Assembly (NCBI GenBank): GCA_965197525.1
Contig: OZ240211.1
Location: 1,888,001-1,952,000 of the forward strand
DNA: 64,000 nucleotides
Direction: 5' to 3'
Source: Nitrosopumilus sp.
GTDB taxonomy: Archaea > Thermoproteota > Nitrososphaeria > Nitrososphaerales > Nitrosopumilaceae
Shown piece by piece: positions 52,790-62,598 of the stretch. Each line of letters starts with the position of its first letter. The first letter of the stretch is position 1. The notes under the pieces were generated by a model that saw only the letters and a program-made list of their open reading frames with translations, had not been told where the DNA came from and did not search any database. Both the position numbers and the translations under genes were made by a program.

Positions 52790-53207
52790 TATTGCAACAA
52801 AATCACCTTTTGTTCCGCTAAGTGCCGATGCGATTTTAGCCAAAAATCCGTATTTTCTGCTTCGTAGCTTTACTACCTCTGTTGTCTTGTCTTTGCCTAA
52901 AATTTTTGCCGTACCTGACATCCACGGTCCTGAGATTTTTCCCTTCATAAGGTAGATGGAATTGTACTTAAAATTTGGCTGATTGTGTTCTCAAATTTGA
53001 TGATGTAGAAATTATGACGGTACACACACGATATTGTAAACTCGATGCCGCTGCCTGAAACTGTCATGGCATAGGTAGAAACTCAAAGTAGTTAGTCTCA
53101 CAACAGCTTACTATTCCAAAGTAGTGCTTTACAGCAAACAATCCATAAATCTCCTCCATTAGGATGATAGAAGAAAGGAATAAATCATAACGTCTGGTAT
53201 AAGAGGT

Positions 53208-54158
53208 ATGACCATACCGGAATCTGAGAAATGTGTAATCCAAGAAATGATCAGAGTCGTCTTTGCTAGAATGCATACCCGTAAGAATCGTCGTAATGTT
53301 AGCAAAAAGGATGTATTGAAGATCTTGTTCAAAGCAAAACAATCCCTACCTGATAATAATCCAATCAAAGACTCACTGCCATACTACTGGTACAGGGATG
53401 GACCATACTCTACTTTGATATATGAAACTATTGATCATCTCATGAAAGATGGCATGATCTCCAAGTCAAATAGCGGATACGAGACGTACCACTTTGATCG
53501 CGACAGGATAAATATTCCGTTGTCACATCCAGATGAGCACATGAACGAAGCAAGGGACGCTATAAGCGACGTTGTCGATAGATTTACCCACATAGGCGCG
53601 TTAGTAAATGACGTTTACCAAGAGGCTCCATATGGATGGTACAACACATACAACCTTAAATTCAAAATACGCTTTAACGATTTTTGTGATAAAGCAGTCG
53701 AATATAATACTTCTACAGGACACACACGTGAGGATATACTACAGGCTCTAGATGATACTGTAATAGACTTTCCACAGTTCCCCGGCTTTCCAGAATTACG
53801 GCGCACGTTCATGAGATTCGCAAGACTCCTTAACTCGTTTTTGAGAACGGACGACTGTATGAAACACAAGGATGTATTTCCAACCTTCAAACTCCTATCT
53901 AATTCGATTTGGAACACGTTTGCATATGGTGTCCGCATTGAATATCACGACGACTACTATGACAAAGAGATAGATGGCTGGACTGAGAAATACAATAAAG
54001 CGATCACTACACTTGATGCAGAGATACTTGGCTACCAGGACAAGATTGAACAAGTATCATCATATGAGGTAAAGATTGCCTCTCATATAACAGATATGAA
54101 AAAGCATCCTGAAAAATATGAATTTACTAAATTAAACCTAGATCACGTCCTTAATTGA
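53208..54158 (+). CDS. Panacea/SocA-like (DUF4065) antitoxin, putative
   Basis: KILF...LPYYWYRDGPYS matches the Panacea W-x-x-GP motif; lies directly upstream of a toxin-like ORF. Confidence 0.6.
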   Translation: MTIPESEKCVIQEMIRVVFARMHTRKNRRNVSKKDVLKILFKAKQSLPDNNPIKDSLPYYWYRDGPYSTLIYETIDHLMKDGMISKSNSGYETYHFDRDRINIPLSHPDEHMNEARDAISDVVDRFTHIGALVNDVYQEAPYGWYNTYNLKFKIRFNDFCDKAVEYNTSTGHTREDILQALDDTVIDFPQFPGFPELRRTFMRFARLLNSFLRTDDCMKHKDVFPTFKLLSNSIWNTFAYGVRIEYHDDYYDKEIDGWTEKYNKAITTLDAEILGYQDKIEQVSSYEVKIASHITDMKKHPEKYEFTKLNLDHVLN

Positions 54159-54170
54159 TTTGACATATTC

Positions 54171-54455
54171 ATGGACTCGCAGCCGCTATGGACAATTGAT
54201 GAGTCTAGAGAAATAAAAAAAAGCCGGAAGAAATACAAAAGCGACAAGCCAGTGTGTAATGCATTTCAAAATTACATCAAAGCACTGAGCAATGAAGTAG
54301 ATCCTACTACTATAGCATATGAAAAGAACAAAGATGACATCTATATACTCAGACTTACAAAATCAGTTCGTCTGTCATACTGGATAGATGATAAAACAAA
54401 GACAATCTACCTATGTAAACTCGGAGATCATAAGGAAGTCTACGGATACGATTAG
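54171..54455 (+). CDS. RelE/ParE-superfamily toxin, putative
   Basis: 94 aa, basic; LRLTKSVRLSYWID...IYLCKLGDHKEVY is a RelE-type C-terminus. Confidence 0.7.
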   Translation: MDSQPLWTIDESREIKKSRKKYKSDKPVCNAFQNYIKALSNEVDPTTIAYEKNKDDIYILRLTKSVRLSYWIDDKTKTIYLCKLGDHKEVYGYD

Positions 54456-54811
54456 CACGCGCAAACAATCAGCAGTATGTAATCTAATTAACATACAAGC
54501 AACCTCCTCCTTTGTTCCATTTTCTCCTGCATTTACAACTTTATTTTCTTTAAGAAGATCTTTTAAAACTGGTAATATAAGAAACACCATCATGCTGTAT
54601 CCCTTATCACTTGCCCTAGATGCAGACATAAAAAGTAGTGGAATTCGCATAGTCACCGTAATCTGCATCGTGGTAGCTGGCATGTTTTTTGACATGCTGT
54701 AGTATTTCCATTGTATAACAGGCTTTGGCATATGTGGGATTGGTAATAGTTTTTGGATTTGCAGCACTAACTGCTTACAAGTTAAAACGTACATTACTAT
54801 ACAAAAATCTG

Positions 54812-55204
54812 TCAATTAACCTTGACTGATATTGCAACAAAATCGCCCTTTGTTCCGCTAAACACCGATGCGATTTTAGCCAAAAATCCGTATTTTCTGC
54901 CTCGTAGCTTTACTAGCTCTGCAGTCTTATCTTTGTCCAAAATTTTTGCCGTACCTGACATCCACGGTCCTGAGACTTTTCCCTTCATAGAGCAGACTGC
55001 AAGCTTTACTCTCTGGTTGTTCCTCAAACGTTTTATCTTTCCTGTATGCTCTCTTGTCACTATGATAATTGAGTTATCTTTTGTGATAAACCATACAGGC
55101 GTTCTGACTGCCTGATTATTTTTCTTGTATGTCTCAAGTGATACATATTTTTCCTCTCTGATCTCCTCTGGATTAAACATGCTGTACATAGTCTTCTCTA
55201 ACAT
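54812..55204 (-). CDS. PPOX-class F420-dependent oxidoreductase
   Basis: YVSLETYKKNNQAVRTPVWF and GKIKRLRNNQRV motifs. Confidence 0.9.
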   Translation of the reverse strand: MLEKTMYSMFNPEEIREEKYVSLETYKKNNQAVRTPVWFITKDNSIIIVTREHTGKIKRLRNNQRVKLAVCSMKGKVSGPWMSGTAKILDKDKTAELVKLRGRKYGFLAKIASVFSGTKGDFVAISVKVN

Positions 55205-55217
55205 TAATAGCTAGTCG

Positions 55218-55445
55218 TTAATTGCAAGTCTTGTTATTATTTAGATTAGCGGTACTGCTGCTGTGATCCCATTCTCTAATCTCATAACCTGATCTCTTTT
55301 TTCTCATTATCTTCTTTACTTGCCTATAGGCTAACACTGGAAGAATACAAAATCCGCATCCTATCTGTGAAATTGAACAACAACAAAGACACTGACACAT
55401 TCCTTTCTCGTGATTACATTCTGGACAACTCTTGCTTTGCATCAC
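55218..55445 (-). CDS. small Cys-rich hypothetical protein
   Basis: CPEC...CQCLCCC...CGFC; co-oriented between two real genes. Confidence 0.5.
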   Translation of the reverse strand: MMQSKSCPECNHEKGMCQCLCCCSISQIGCGFCILPVLAYRQVKKIMRKKRSGYEIREWDHSSSTANLNNNKTCN

Positions 55446-55486
55446 TAGTTATAGCTCTAATACCTATTTAAGAAAACCACCTACTG

Positions 55487-55939
55487 CTAGGAGAATTCCA
55501 CAATGGCGTCTATCTCAGTCATTGAATCTAGTGGTAAACCTGCAGCTCCTAACGCAACTCTTGAATGCTTGCCTTTTTCCCCAAATATCTCAAAGAATAG
55601 ATCAGAGGCTGCATTGATAACCTTGGGATGCTGTGTAAACTCTGGTACAGAGTTTACATATCCTGACAGTTTTATTATTCTGACTATTCTCTCCAAATCC
55701 CCCAACTCTCTTTTTATCTGAGATAAGATGTTAATTCCGCACAATTTTGCTGCTTTTTGAGCAGTATCCAAGTTATCATCTGAAACTTTTCCTGTAAAGA
55801 CAACTTTGCCTTCTTGTACTGGTATCTGTCCTGAGATAAAGAGTAGATTTCCAGTAGTTACTGTAGGGATATACGACCCTGCAGGCGCAGGAGGATCTTC
55901 TAGTCTGACTCCTAATTCTTTTAATCTCTCTTCAATCAA
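55487..55939 (-). CDS. RidA/YjgF family protein
   Basis: GSYIP, FISGQIP, HSRVALG and LPLDSMTEI motifs. Confidence 0.92.
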   Translation of the reverse strand: MIEERLKELGVRLEDPPAPAGSYIPTVTTGNLLFISGQIPVQEGKVVFTGKVSDDNLDTAQKAAKLCGINILSQIKRELGDLERIVRIIKLSGYVNSVPEFTQHPKVINAASDLFFEIFGEKGKHSRVALGAAGLPLDSMTEIDAIVEFS

Positions 55940-56206
55940 CAGTAATCTTGTTTTTTTGGATGATTTTAGGTTTTGGAAATTTAATGCTTGTATTGATGTA
56001 TCGACAGACAGTATCTCTCAGATAATCTTCTACCCCTCAATCTTTTCTGAGTCACTCCTGCAGTCTGTAATTAACCGTGATGACATATTCTCAGCTGACA
56101 CAAATCAACAAATTACTTCGTCTCTACCGATTGATCCTGCCTCTTTATTTGAGATTCTAAATCTCCAATGTATTGATTTTTTAATAGTTAAAAATCTACA
56201 AATCGT

Positions 56207-57979
56207 ATGTCCAAGTACTCTCTTGGGGGATGGAATCTATCAGAGCTGGCCCAAGACCCAAAAAGCCCTGAATTCCAAAAACAGATTCAAGATTTAGAGA
56301 GACAGGCAAAAAAATTCGAAAAGACTAAAACCAAATTAGACTCAAAAATACCATCTCGACAATTTATGGGTATCTTGCGACAGATTGAGTCGATCTCTGA
56401 AAATATGAACAAGATTGGAGGTTACGCATCGTTGTTGTACGCTTCTGATACCCAGTCCGATGAGGCAACATCTCTGATGACTCGAATGTCAAAACTAGGT
56501 TCTGAAATTTCAAATAAAATTTTGTTCTTTGATTTGTGGTGGAAGACACAGATTGATGACAATAATGCAAAAAGACTCATGGCAAATACTGGTGAGATCA
56601 CTCAGTATCTATTACACAAGAGACTGTTTGCAAAATATGCGCTCAGTGAACCCGAAGAACGAATAATCAACACATTGGATGTTACCGGCGTCTCTGCACT
56701 TGTAAAACTGTATGATAAAATAACTAACGCATTTGAATACAAGATGAAGATTGGGAAAAAATCCAAAACTATGACAAGAGAAGAACTCACTAACTATGTT
56801 CGCAGTACCAGTCCCAAAATCCGTGAGACTGCATACAAGACCATCCTTGACAAATACTCTGAAAACAAAGGAGTGGTAGGCGAGATATATCAAAATATTG
56901 TTCTTAACTGGAGGGATGAGGGAATAGAGATTCGTGGGCACAAATCTCCAATATCGATGAGAAACATTGCAAATGATATTGATGATAAAACCATTGATTC
57001 ATTACTTTTAATGTGTAAAAAAAATTCTAACGTGTTTCAAAAGTTCTTTGTCCAAAAAGCAACGATGCTGAAGATGAAAAAGTTACGCAGATACGACTTG
57101 TATGCGCCAGCTGCTGCTAATATTAAAGAAAAAAGTTATTCTTATGATAAATCTGTAAAACTAGTCTTTGACTCTTTTGCAGCATTCAGTGACACATTAG
57201 AAGAGTATGCACGAAAGATATTCCAAGAGAATCATATTGACTCTGCCATACGACCAGGCAAGCGAGATGGCGCATTTTGTAGCACACTCACGCCTAAAAT
57301 AACTCCTTTTGTACTGGTAAATTTTACAGGCAAATCCCGAGATCTGTTTACACTAGCTCACGAATTGGGCCACGCAGTTCACAGTCAGGCAGCTCAAGAT
57401 AGATCAATTCTTGTTCAGGATGCTCCGCTGCCTCTAGCTGAGACTGCATCAACATTTTCAGAATTATTGCTGTATGATCATCTGTCTGATAAAATTTCAG
57501 ATAACGAGAAAAAGATAATGCTATCTGAAAAGATTGACGATTTGTATGCAACAATACTGCGACAGTCATTTTTTACAATCTTTGAAGTTGATGCCCACAA
57601 GCAGATCAGTGCTGGAACTACGGTTGACGAACTATCCCAGACATATTTACAAAATCTCAGTGCCCAGTTTGGGAACTCTGTAGATATTTCTGAGGATTTT
57701 GGAGCAGAGTGGAGCTGTATTCCACATTTTTACCATACGCCGTTTTACTGTTATGCCTATTCGTTTGGAAATCTGCTTGCGCTATCTCTATTTCAAAGAT
57801 ATAAAAAAGAAGGTAAAGATTTTGTTCCTGCATATATTGACATTCTTGCCGCAGGTGGTTCTAAAAAGCCTGAGAAACTATTGTCAGAATACGGCTTTGA
57901 TATCAGATCGCCTAAATTCTGGCAAGAAGGATTTGATTATGTGCAAGATCGAGTCAAGGCACTCTCGACTTTGACCTAA
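56207..57979 (+). CDS. pepF: oligoendopeptidase F (M3B)
   Basis: GKRDGAF, HELGH, AETAS and HFYHTPFYCYAY motifs. Confidence 0.93.
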   Translation: MSKYSLGGWNLSELAQDPKSPEFQKQIQDLERQAKKFEKTKTKLDSKIPSRQFMGILRQIESISENMNKIGGYASLLYASDTQSDEATSLMTRMSKLGSEISNKILFFDLWWKTQIDDNNAKRLMANTGEITQYLLHKRLFAKYALSEPEERIINTLDVTGVSALVKLYDKITNAFEYKMKIGKKSKTMTREELTNYVRSTSPKIRETAYKTILDKYSENKGVVGEIYQNIVLNWRDEGIEIRGHKSPISMRNIANDIDDKTIDSLLLMCKKNSNVFQKFFVQKATMLKMKKLRRYDLYAPAAANIKEKSYSYDKSVKLVFDSFAAFSDTLEEYARKIFQENHIDSAIRPGKRDGAFCSTLTPKITPFVLVNFTGKSRDLFTLAHELGHAVHSQAAQDRSILVQDAPLPLAETASTFSELLLYDHLSDKISDNEKKIMLSEKIDDLYATILRQSFFTIFEVDAHKQISAGTTVDELSQTYLQNLSAQFGNSVDISEDFGAEWSCIPHFYHTPFYCYAYSFGNLLALSLFQRYKKEGKDFVPAYIDILAAGGSKKPEKLLSEYGFDIRSPKFWQEGFDYVQDRVKALSTLT

Positions 57980-58157
57980 ACTTTAATCGATATTCAGATT
58001 CAATGCGTATTATGATCAGTCGTATACTTCTACTTTTTCTCTCAACTCATATTGAATCTTCAGACTGACAATAATTCTATAACCTATTTTGTACATCTGA
58101 AGTATTATAGAACATTATGAAAGTAATATTCTGATCATTAAATCTAAATACTATCTG

Positions 58158-58352
58158 CTACCCATATGTTGGAAATGATAGCTTTTTGTTGATGATTTTC
58201 TCACATATGGCAATGTTCTTTATGCTATCTGGATCCTGTTGATCTGCAATCCATTCACACAATTTCTTTATTCTGTGAGCTGCTAGAGGATTTCGTAAGT
58301 TGATAATCTTACGACTGAACTGCTTTGAATATTCATAAGGCCATCGAGTCAT
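58158..58352 (-). CDS. small hypothetical protein
   Basis: 64-aa ORF (MTRWPYEYSKQF...). Confidence 0.5.
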   Translation of the reverse strand: MTRWPYEYSKQFSRKIINLRNPLAAHRIKKLCEWIADQQDPDSIKNIAICEKIINKKLSFPTYG

Positions 58353-58366
58353 TTTCCAAAATACTG

Positions 58367-58501
58367 TTATTCGTCGACGTCTAAACTCTTGACGTTTTTC
58401 ATGCCCAATTCACGAAAAATCTCATAGTCAGCTACATACTCTGCGTCTCTTTCTGTCCACTCACATGATTCTGTTGTGAAATCCATTTCTTCATCAGTCA
58501 T
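58367..58501 (-). CDS. 44-aa acidic hypothetical protein (below the ORF-track cutoff)
   Basis: MTDEEMDFTTESCEWTERDAEYVADYEIFRELGMKNVKSLDVDE*, co-oriented 14 nt upstream of the 58352 ORF. Confidence 0.5.
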   Translation of the reverse strand: MTDEEMDFTTESCEWTERDAEYVADYEIFRELGMKNVKSLDVDE

Positions 58502-58910
58502 GACTTATTTACAAAATCCCTGTTAATTAAACCTCCGATCACGGGTGGAATGCTCTTTTTACCGATTTCCTAGACTTCTATACGTTGGAATATCACATCA
58601 TCTAGAAATAATGCTCCGCTCAGAAGATGGCCGGACCTAATCTATACGTTCTATGCCATTTGATATCCTTGCCAGTTTTCACTAAAAACCTAGTCTCCAA
58701 ACACGTTTTGTCTTGATGCCATAATAGATATTGGAATATTTTCTGGTCTATTGAATGCATTAGTTTCATTATGGGCATTCAGCTCCAGCTGATTTTCTGC
58801 TACATCTTTTTACATCTGCCGTATCTGTTCCAGTCGATTATACTATACATTCTATTAACTTGCGTTCATTGTATTATATTCTCATTTTAATCTTCAAAAT
58901 ATCTATACCA

Positions 58911-60107
58911 TTACTGATTCTTATTTATCTTGATATACACCTTTTCTCCAGTATTTAGATTGTTCTGGTATACGGTTCTTGTCTGGTATCCTTGGTTTTG
59001 AAGACATCTATCTAAAACAGACACCCATGGCAGTGAATGTCCGTTGTTTAGCTTTGATTCAACTATGACGTTCATCATATTTGCCTCAAAGTTGACGTGT
59101 CCTGAACATGTAATCTGTAACACTGCATCCATCATCTCAATTATGTCATCCAATGTCTTTGATTTTAGTATGACTCCGTTGTTCTCCAATAGTTGAAACA
59201 TATCCGCTTTGGATTTTTTTGCTGTCATAGAAGAGTTGAGAAGATACATCAAACCATACTGCTTTACAACCTTGATTACCTTGTAAATCTCCTGGGCTTC
59301 TGACTGCGTCATATCTGCTAGGGCCTTGGTTTTAGTCGCATTCTTCCAAATATTTGAAAAAGCCTTCTCTTGGTTTATTCCTAGGATATCAGTTGATGAA
59401 AAAACTGCCACCTTGCCGTTATCATCATTAATTAGTAGCAACTCTGCCTCATCGAAGATAAAGCAATTTTGAGCAATCTCTGACGCTCTAATCTCTACAC
59501 CGTCTGGAATCATTCTGTATGCGTTAGAGCATATCTGTGTTGGTGAAATAACTACCTTGACATCTATCTTGCGGCGTACCACTGTTAGCAACTGTTCTTT
59601 GCATTCAGCTAACAACCCCAAACCTCGTTGGCCTGTCATTATCTTTATTGATGATTTTGAACCCTCGATCATTGTCTGAAGCTGTGACAATACTTTGTTT
59701 GCACTCAGATGAAAGTATCTTTTCTCTTCTGAACCTCTTGACTTTCTGCTCTCCTCACTTGCCTTCTTTAGGTTGGAGATTAGCGTATTCATTGCATTTA
59801 CCTTGTTGATCTGCTCATGGATTACTTCATCAAATGCGTCTTCTGGCGCGATTGCAGTGCACATTATAGGTTTGCTCTTGGAGATGATGACTAGTCTCTT
59901 ATTTTCTAATTTGAGTAATGTTGGGTATACTTTTGTCCTTGGAATCTCTGAATAAAATGCTAAATCGCTTGCAGTTATTGTGCCTTTTGCAATTAGTGAC
60001 ACATATGCTTGTGCTTCATACTGGCTTAGTCCAAACTCTTCTAAACTGACTGTCAGAGCATGTCCATTGACCATATTCTTCTTTGATCTACTATTAGGTA
60101 ACATCAA
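58911..60107 (-). CDS. TrmB-family transcriptional regulator
   Basis: LEEFGLSQYEAQAYVSL...IPRTKVYPTLLKLENK wHTH. Confidence 0.9.
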   Translation of the reverse strand: MMLPNSRSKKNMVNGHALTVSLEEFGLSQYEAQAYVSLIAKGTITASDLAFYSEIPRTKVYPTLLKLENKRLVIISKSKPIMCTAIAPEDAFDEVIHEQINKVNAMNTLISNLKKASEESRKSRGSEEKRYFHLSANKVLSQLQTMIEGSKSSIKIMTGQRGLGLLAECKEQLLTVVRRKIDVKVVISPTQICSNAYRMIPDGVEIRASEIAQNCFIFDEAELLLINDDNGKVAVFSSTDILGINQEKAFSNIWKNATKTKALADMTQSEAQEIYKVIKVVKQYGLMYLLNSSMTAKKSKADMFQLLENNGVILKSKTLDDIIEMMDAVLQITCSGHVNFEANMMNVIVESKLNNGHSLPWVSVLDRCLQNQGYQTRTVYQNNLNTGEKVYIKINKNQ

Positions 60108-60187
60108 AAGCTAAATTCCTTTACATAAATGCTCAAAAAAAATACAAACTGTAACTCTCAAACATGTAACTATGGTTACTGAATTAA

Positions 60188-60817
60188 TTGTTACAACGTC
60201 CTCAAATACAAAATTGTCTACTAGTAATTATGCTAATAAAATATAGTACTGTATCTCCTCCTTCTCCTTTGGCTGTCCCCGACATATCATCGTCTGTGAC
60301 TCTAGCTCCTCGATTGGAATATGCTATAAATACACTAGATACAGTTATTGAAACTATAACTGATAGGGCACAACAGCAAAAAATATCAAATATGTCCGCC
60401 ACCGTTGCCATGACTGCTAATTTTGATGAACTGGACAAATCTCAAATTGATGCCCTGAAACTAGAGTATCGATTGCTTTTCTCTTTACAAGTCCTCTTAC
60501 ATGTAAAGGAGAGCACTCAAAAAATATCTCATATAAGCGTCATTCCTGAAATTCTGCTATTGACTATTCCTATGATTAGGACTACAAGCGCACGGCTCTT
60601 TGATGTTCTGCCTCATTGCAGTAGCAGGCTATCTGAAATATCCATGCATCTAGGTAGCGTTGTGCTTGATTCTGCCTTTCTTACGACTGCAAAATTTGAT
60701 TTCAGTCAGTCGAATTCAGAGATGTCTGCTTTACATGATAAAGTAAAATTGATAGTTAACTCTAAACTAAATAAGCAGTATCCTAATCTTGATTCTTTTA
60801 AACTAGATAATGTATGA
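60188..60817 (+). CDS. divergent CdvB/ESCRT-III-like protein, putative
   Basis: Helical pattern ending in KLIVNSKLNKQYPNL, resembling the CdvB C-terminal KIKEKFPDL segment; two genes upstream of cdvC. Confidence 0.55.
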   Translation: MLQRPQIQNCLLVIMLIKYSTVSPPSPLAVPDISSSVTLAPRLEYAINTLDTVIETITDRAQQQKISNMSATVAMTANFDELDKSQIDALKLEYRLLFSLQVLLHVKESTQKISHISVIPEILLLTIPMIRTTSARLFDVLPHCSSRLSEISMHLGSVVLDSAFLTTAKFDFSQSNSEMSALHDKVKLIVNSKLNKQYPNLDSFKLDNV

Positions 60818-61326
60818 CGATACTCAGCTCTTCTTCTAAACGTGATCATTTAAAGGACGTGTCTCGTATTCAGGCACTTACCTCCAAGATTGACAAAAGA
60901 CTATCTGAGATCAATTCTTCTTCTTCTTCTCCTATTAATAACGCCAAAGTTGAGAGCCTTACTTTTGAGGAACTACAAGATTTGGATAAGATTGTAAGTG
61001 TTGCAAATTTCATGTTGTGCAAGTACTCTGACAAAAAAGACATGCGTTTGATTCTAAAACACTTTAACTCGATAATATCAGAAGCAGCCGACTCTCTAAG
61101 CGAGTTAGATGATGAGATCTCAGAACTAATCATATCCGCTGAAGATTCTATAAATAGAGTAAAAGACATACACGGCCGCATCTCTGACAAGTCTGATTTT
61201 AAAAAGCAATACAGTGATGGACCAGACTATGATGCGCATGAAACTTGTGTAACTAATTTAACCAATCCTGTGATAGAAGTTAACACATCAGAATACCAAG
61301 AAAATCATTCAGATGATAACAAGTAG
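60814..61326 (+). CDS. coiled-coil hypothetical protein in the cdvC operon
   Basis: Overlaps the upstream stop and ends 9 nt before cdvC. Confidence 0.7.
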   Translation: MTILSSSSKRDHLKDVSRIQALTSKIDKRLSEINSSSSSPINNAKVESLTFEELQDLDKIVSVANFMLCKYSDKKDMRLILKHFNSIISEAADSLSELDDEISELIISAEDSINRVKDIHGRISDKSDFKKQYSDGPDYDAHETCVTNLTNPVIEVNTSEYQENHSDDNK

Positions 61327-61335
61327 GTAATTAAG

Positions 61336-62529
61336 ATGAGTTTAGCCCCGCAAGAATTAGAAAATACCGCAAGCAAATACGCATCTGAGGCCATCAAATT
61401 TGACTCTCAAGGAGCCAGAGGCATGGCAATTACGCACTATCAACATGCCATTGATTCACTAGTAAAACTATTACAGCTATACCCTAGTAGCAAGTTAAAT
61501 CAAATTTACAAGGACAGATGTAACTCTTATCACAACCGAATCACTGCATTACAACAAGCTCACGGAGTGGAACCTGCAGTTGATCCAAAGGCATCAGATG
61601 ATGAACAACAAGCATCAGTGAAGAGACAAGCAGATGAGAATGACTTTGATGACTTGGTAATGAAAGAGAAACCCGATGTTACATGGGATCAAGTCATCGG
61701 CTTGGATGATGCTAAAAGCGCTTTGCGCGAATCAATCGTATACCCTACTAAAAGACCCGATCTATTTCCACTTGGGTGGCCAAAAGGCATGTTGCTTTAC
61801 GGTCCACCCGGCACAGGTAAAACCATGCTTGCAGCAGCTACTGCAAATGAGATGGACGGTTATTTTATCAACGTCGATGCATCATCGATGATGAGCAAAT
61901 GGTTAGGTGAGGCTGAAAAAAATGTCTCTAAACTATTCACTTTGGCAAGACAGTACGCCGAGAAGGAGAGCAAACCTGTAATCTTGTTCGTTGACGAGGT
62001 TGATTCACTGTTAGGAACTAGAAATAGCGAAGTAGGAGGAGAGGTTAGAACCAAAAATCAATTCTTAACTGAGATGGACGGTGTCAACGGTAAAGGAAAA
62101 CAACTGATGCTGTACGTGGTCGGTGCAACAAACAAACCTTGGAGTCTTGACTGGCCTTTTCTTAGACGATTTCAAAAGAGAATCTTTGTATCTCTCCCAA
62201 CACTAAAGGCAAGACAGAATCTGTTTGAACAGTATACCACTCCTCTGCAGATGAACTGCAATGTTAGTAATACTGAACTTGCCAAATTATTTGACGGGTA
62301 CAGTGCAAGTGACATAAAAGATGTATGTCAAGCAGCACAAATAAAGACAGTTCACGAAATCTTCAACTCACCTGACTATCATGAGCCTGTAGAAGGTGAG
62401 GAACCAATACAGCCAAGAGAGCTGATGTTGTCTGATTTTAAGGATATCATGTCCAGAAGAAAGCCTAGCGTCTCACTTGAGATGGAGCGTGCCTATCACA
62501 AATGGAGCGAAGAGTTCCAAGCACTATGA
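61336..62529 (+). CDS. cdvC: Vps4-like AAA ATPase CdvC
   Basis: N-terminal MIT domain, GPPGTGKT, SKWLGEAEK, FVDEVD, GATNKPW and RRFQKRI motifs. Confidence 0.92.
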   Translation: MSLAPQELENTASKYASEAIKFDSQGARGMAITHYQHAIDSLVKLLQLYPSSKLNQIYKDRCNSYHNRITALQQAHGVEPAVDPKASDDEQQASVKRQADENDFDDLVMKEKPDVTWDQVIGLDDAKSALRESIVYPTKRPDLFPLGWPKGMLLYGPPGTGKTMLAAATANEMDGYFINVDASSMMSKWLGEAEKNVSKLFTLARQYAEKESKPVILFVDEVDSLLGTRNSEVGGEVRTKNQFLTEMDGVNGKGKQLMLYVVGATNKPWSLDWPFLRRFQKRIFVSLPTLKARQNLFEQYTTPLQMNCNVSNTELAKLFDGYSASDIKDVCQAAQIKTVHEIFNSPDYHEPVEGEEPIQPRELMLSDFKDIMSRRKPSVSLEMERAYHKWSEEFQAL

Positions 62530-62598
62530 TCTGGCCTGAACGATTTTTTAACTCACAAAACTTAAATTCTCAATAACTCGAACACAACGAGGGTCACA

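Larger units (their letters stand above)
52681..54989. repeat. 269-bp diverged direct repeats (52681-52949 and 54721-54989) bracketing an inserted cassette
   Basis: Copies align at offset 2040 with scattered substitutions. Confidence 0.9.

Noticed and set aside
54411-54815. 134-aa minus-strand ORF in the TA cassette
   Set aside because: Chimeric: it starts in the duplicated host fragment and overlaps the toxin antisense; no family recognised
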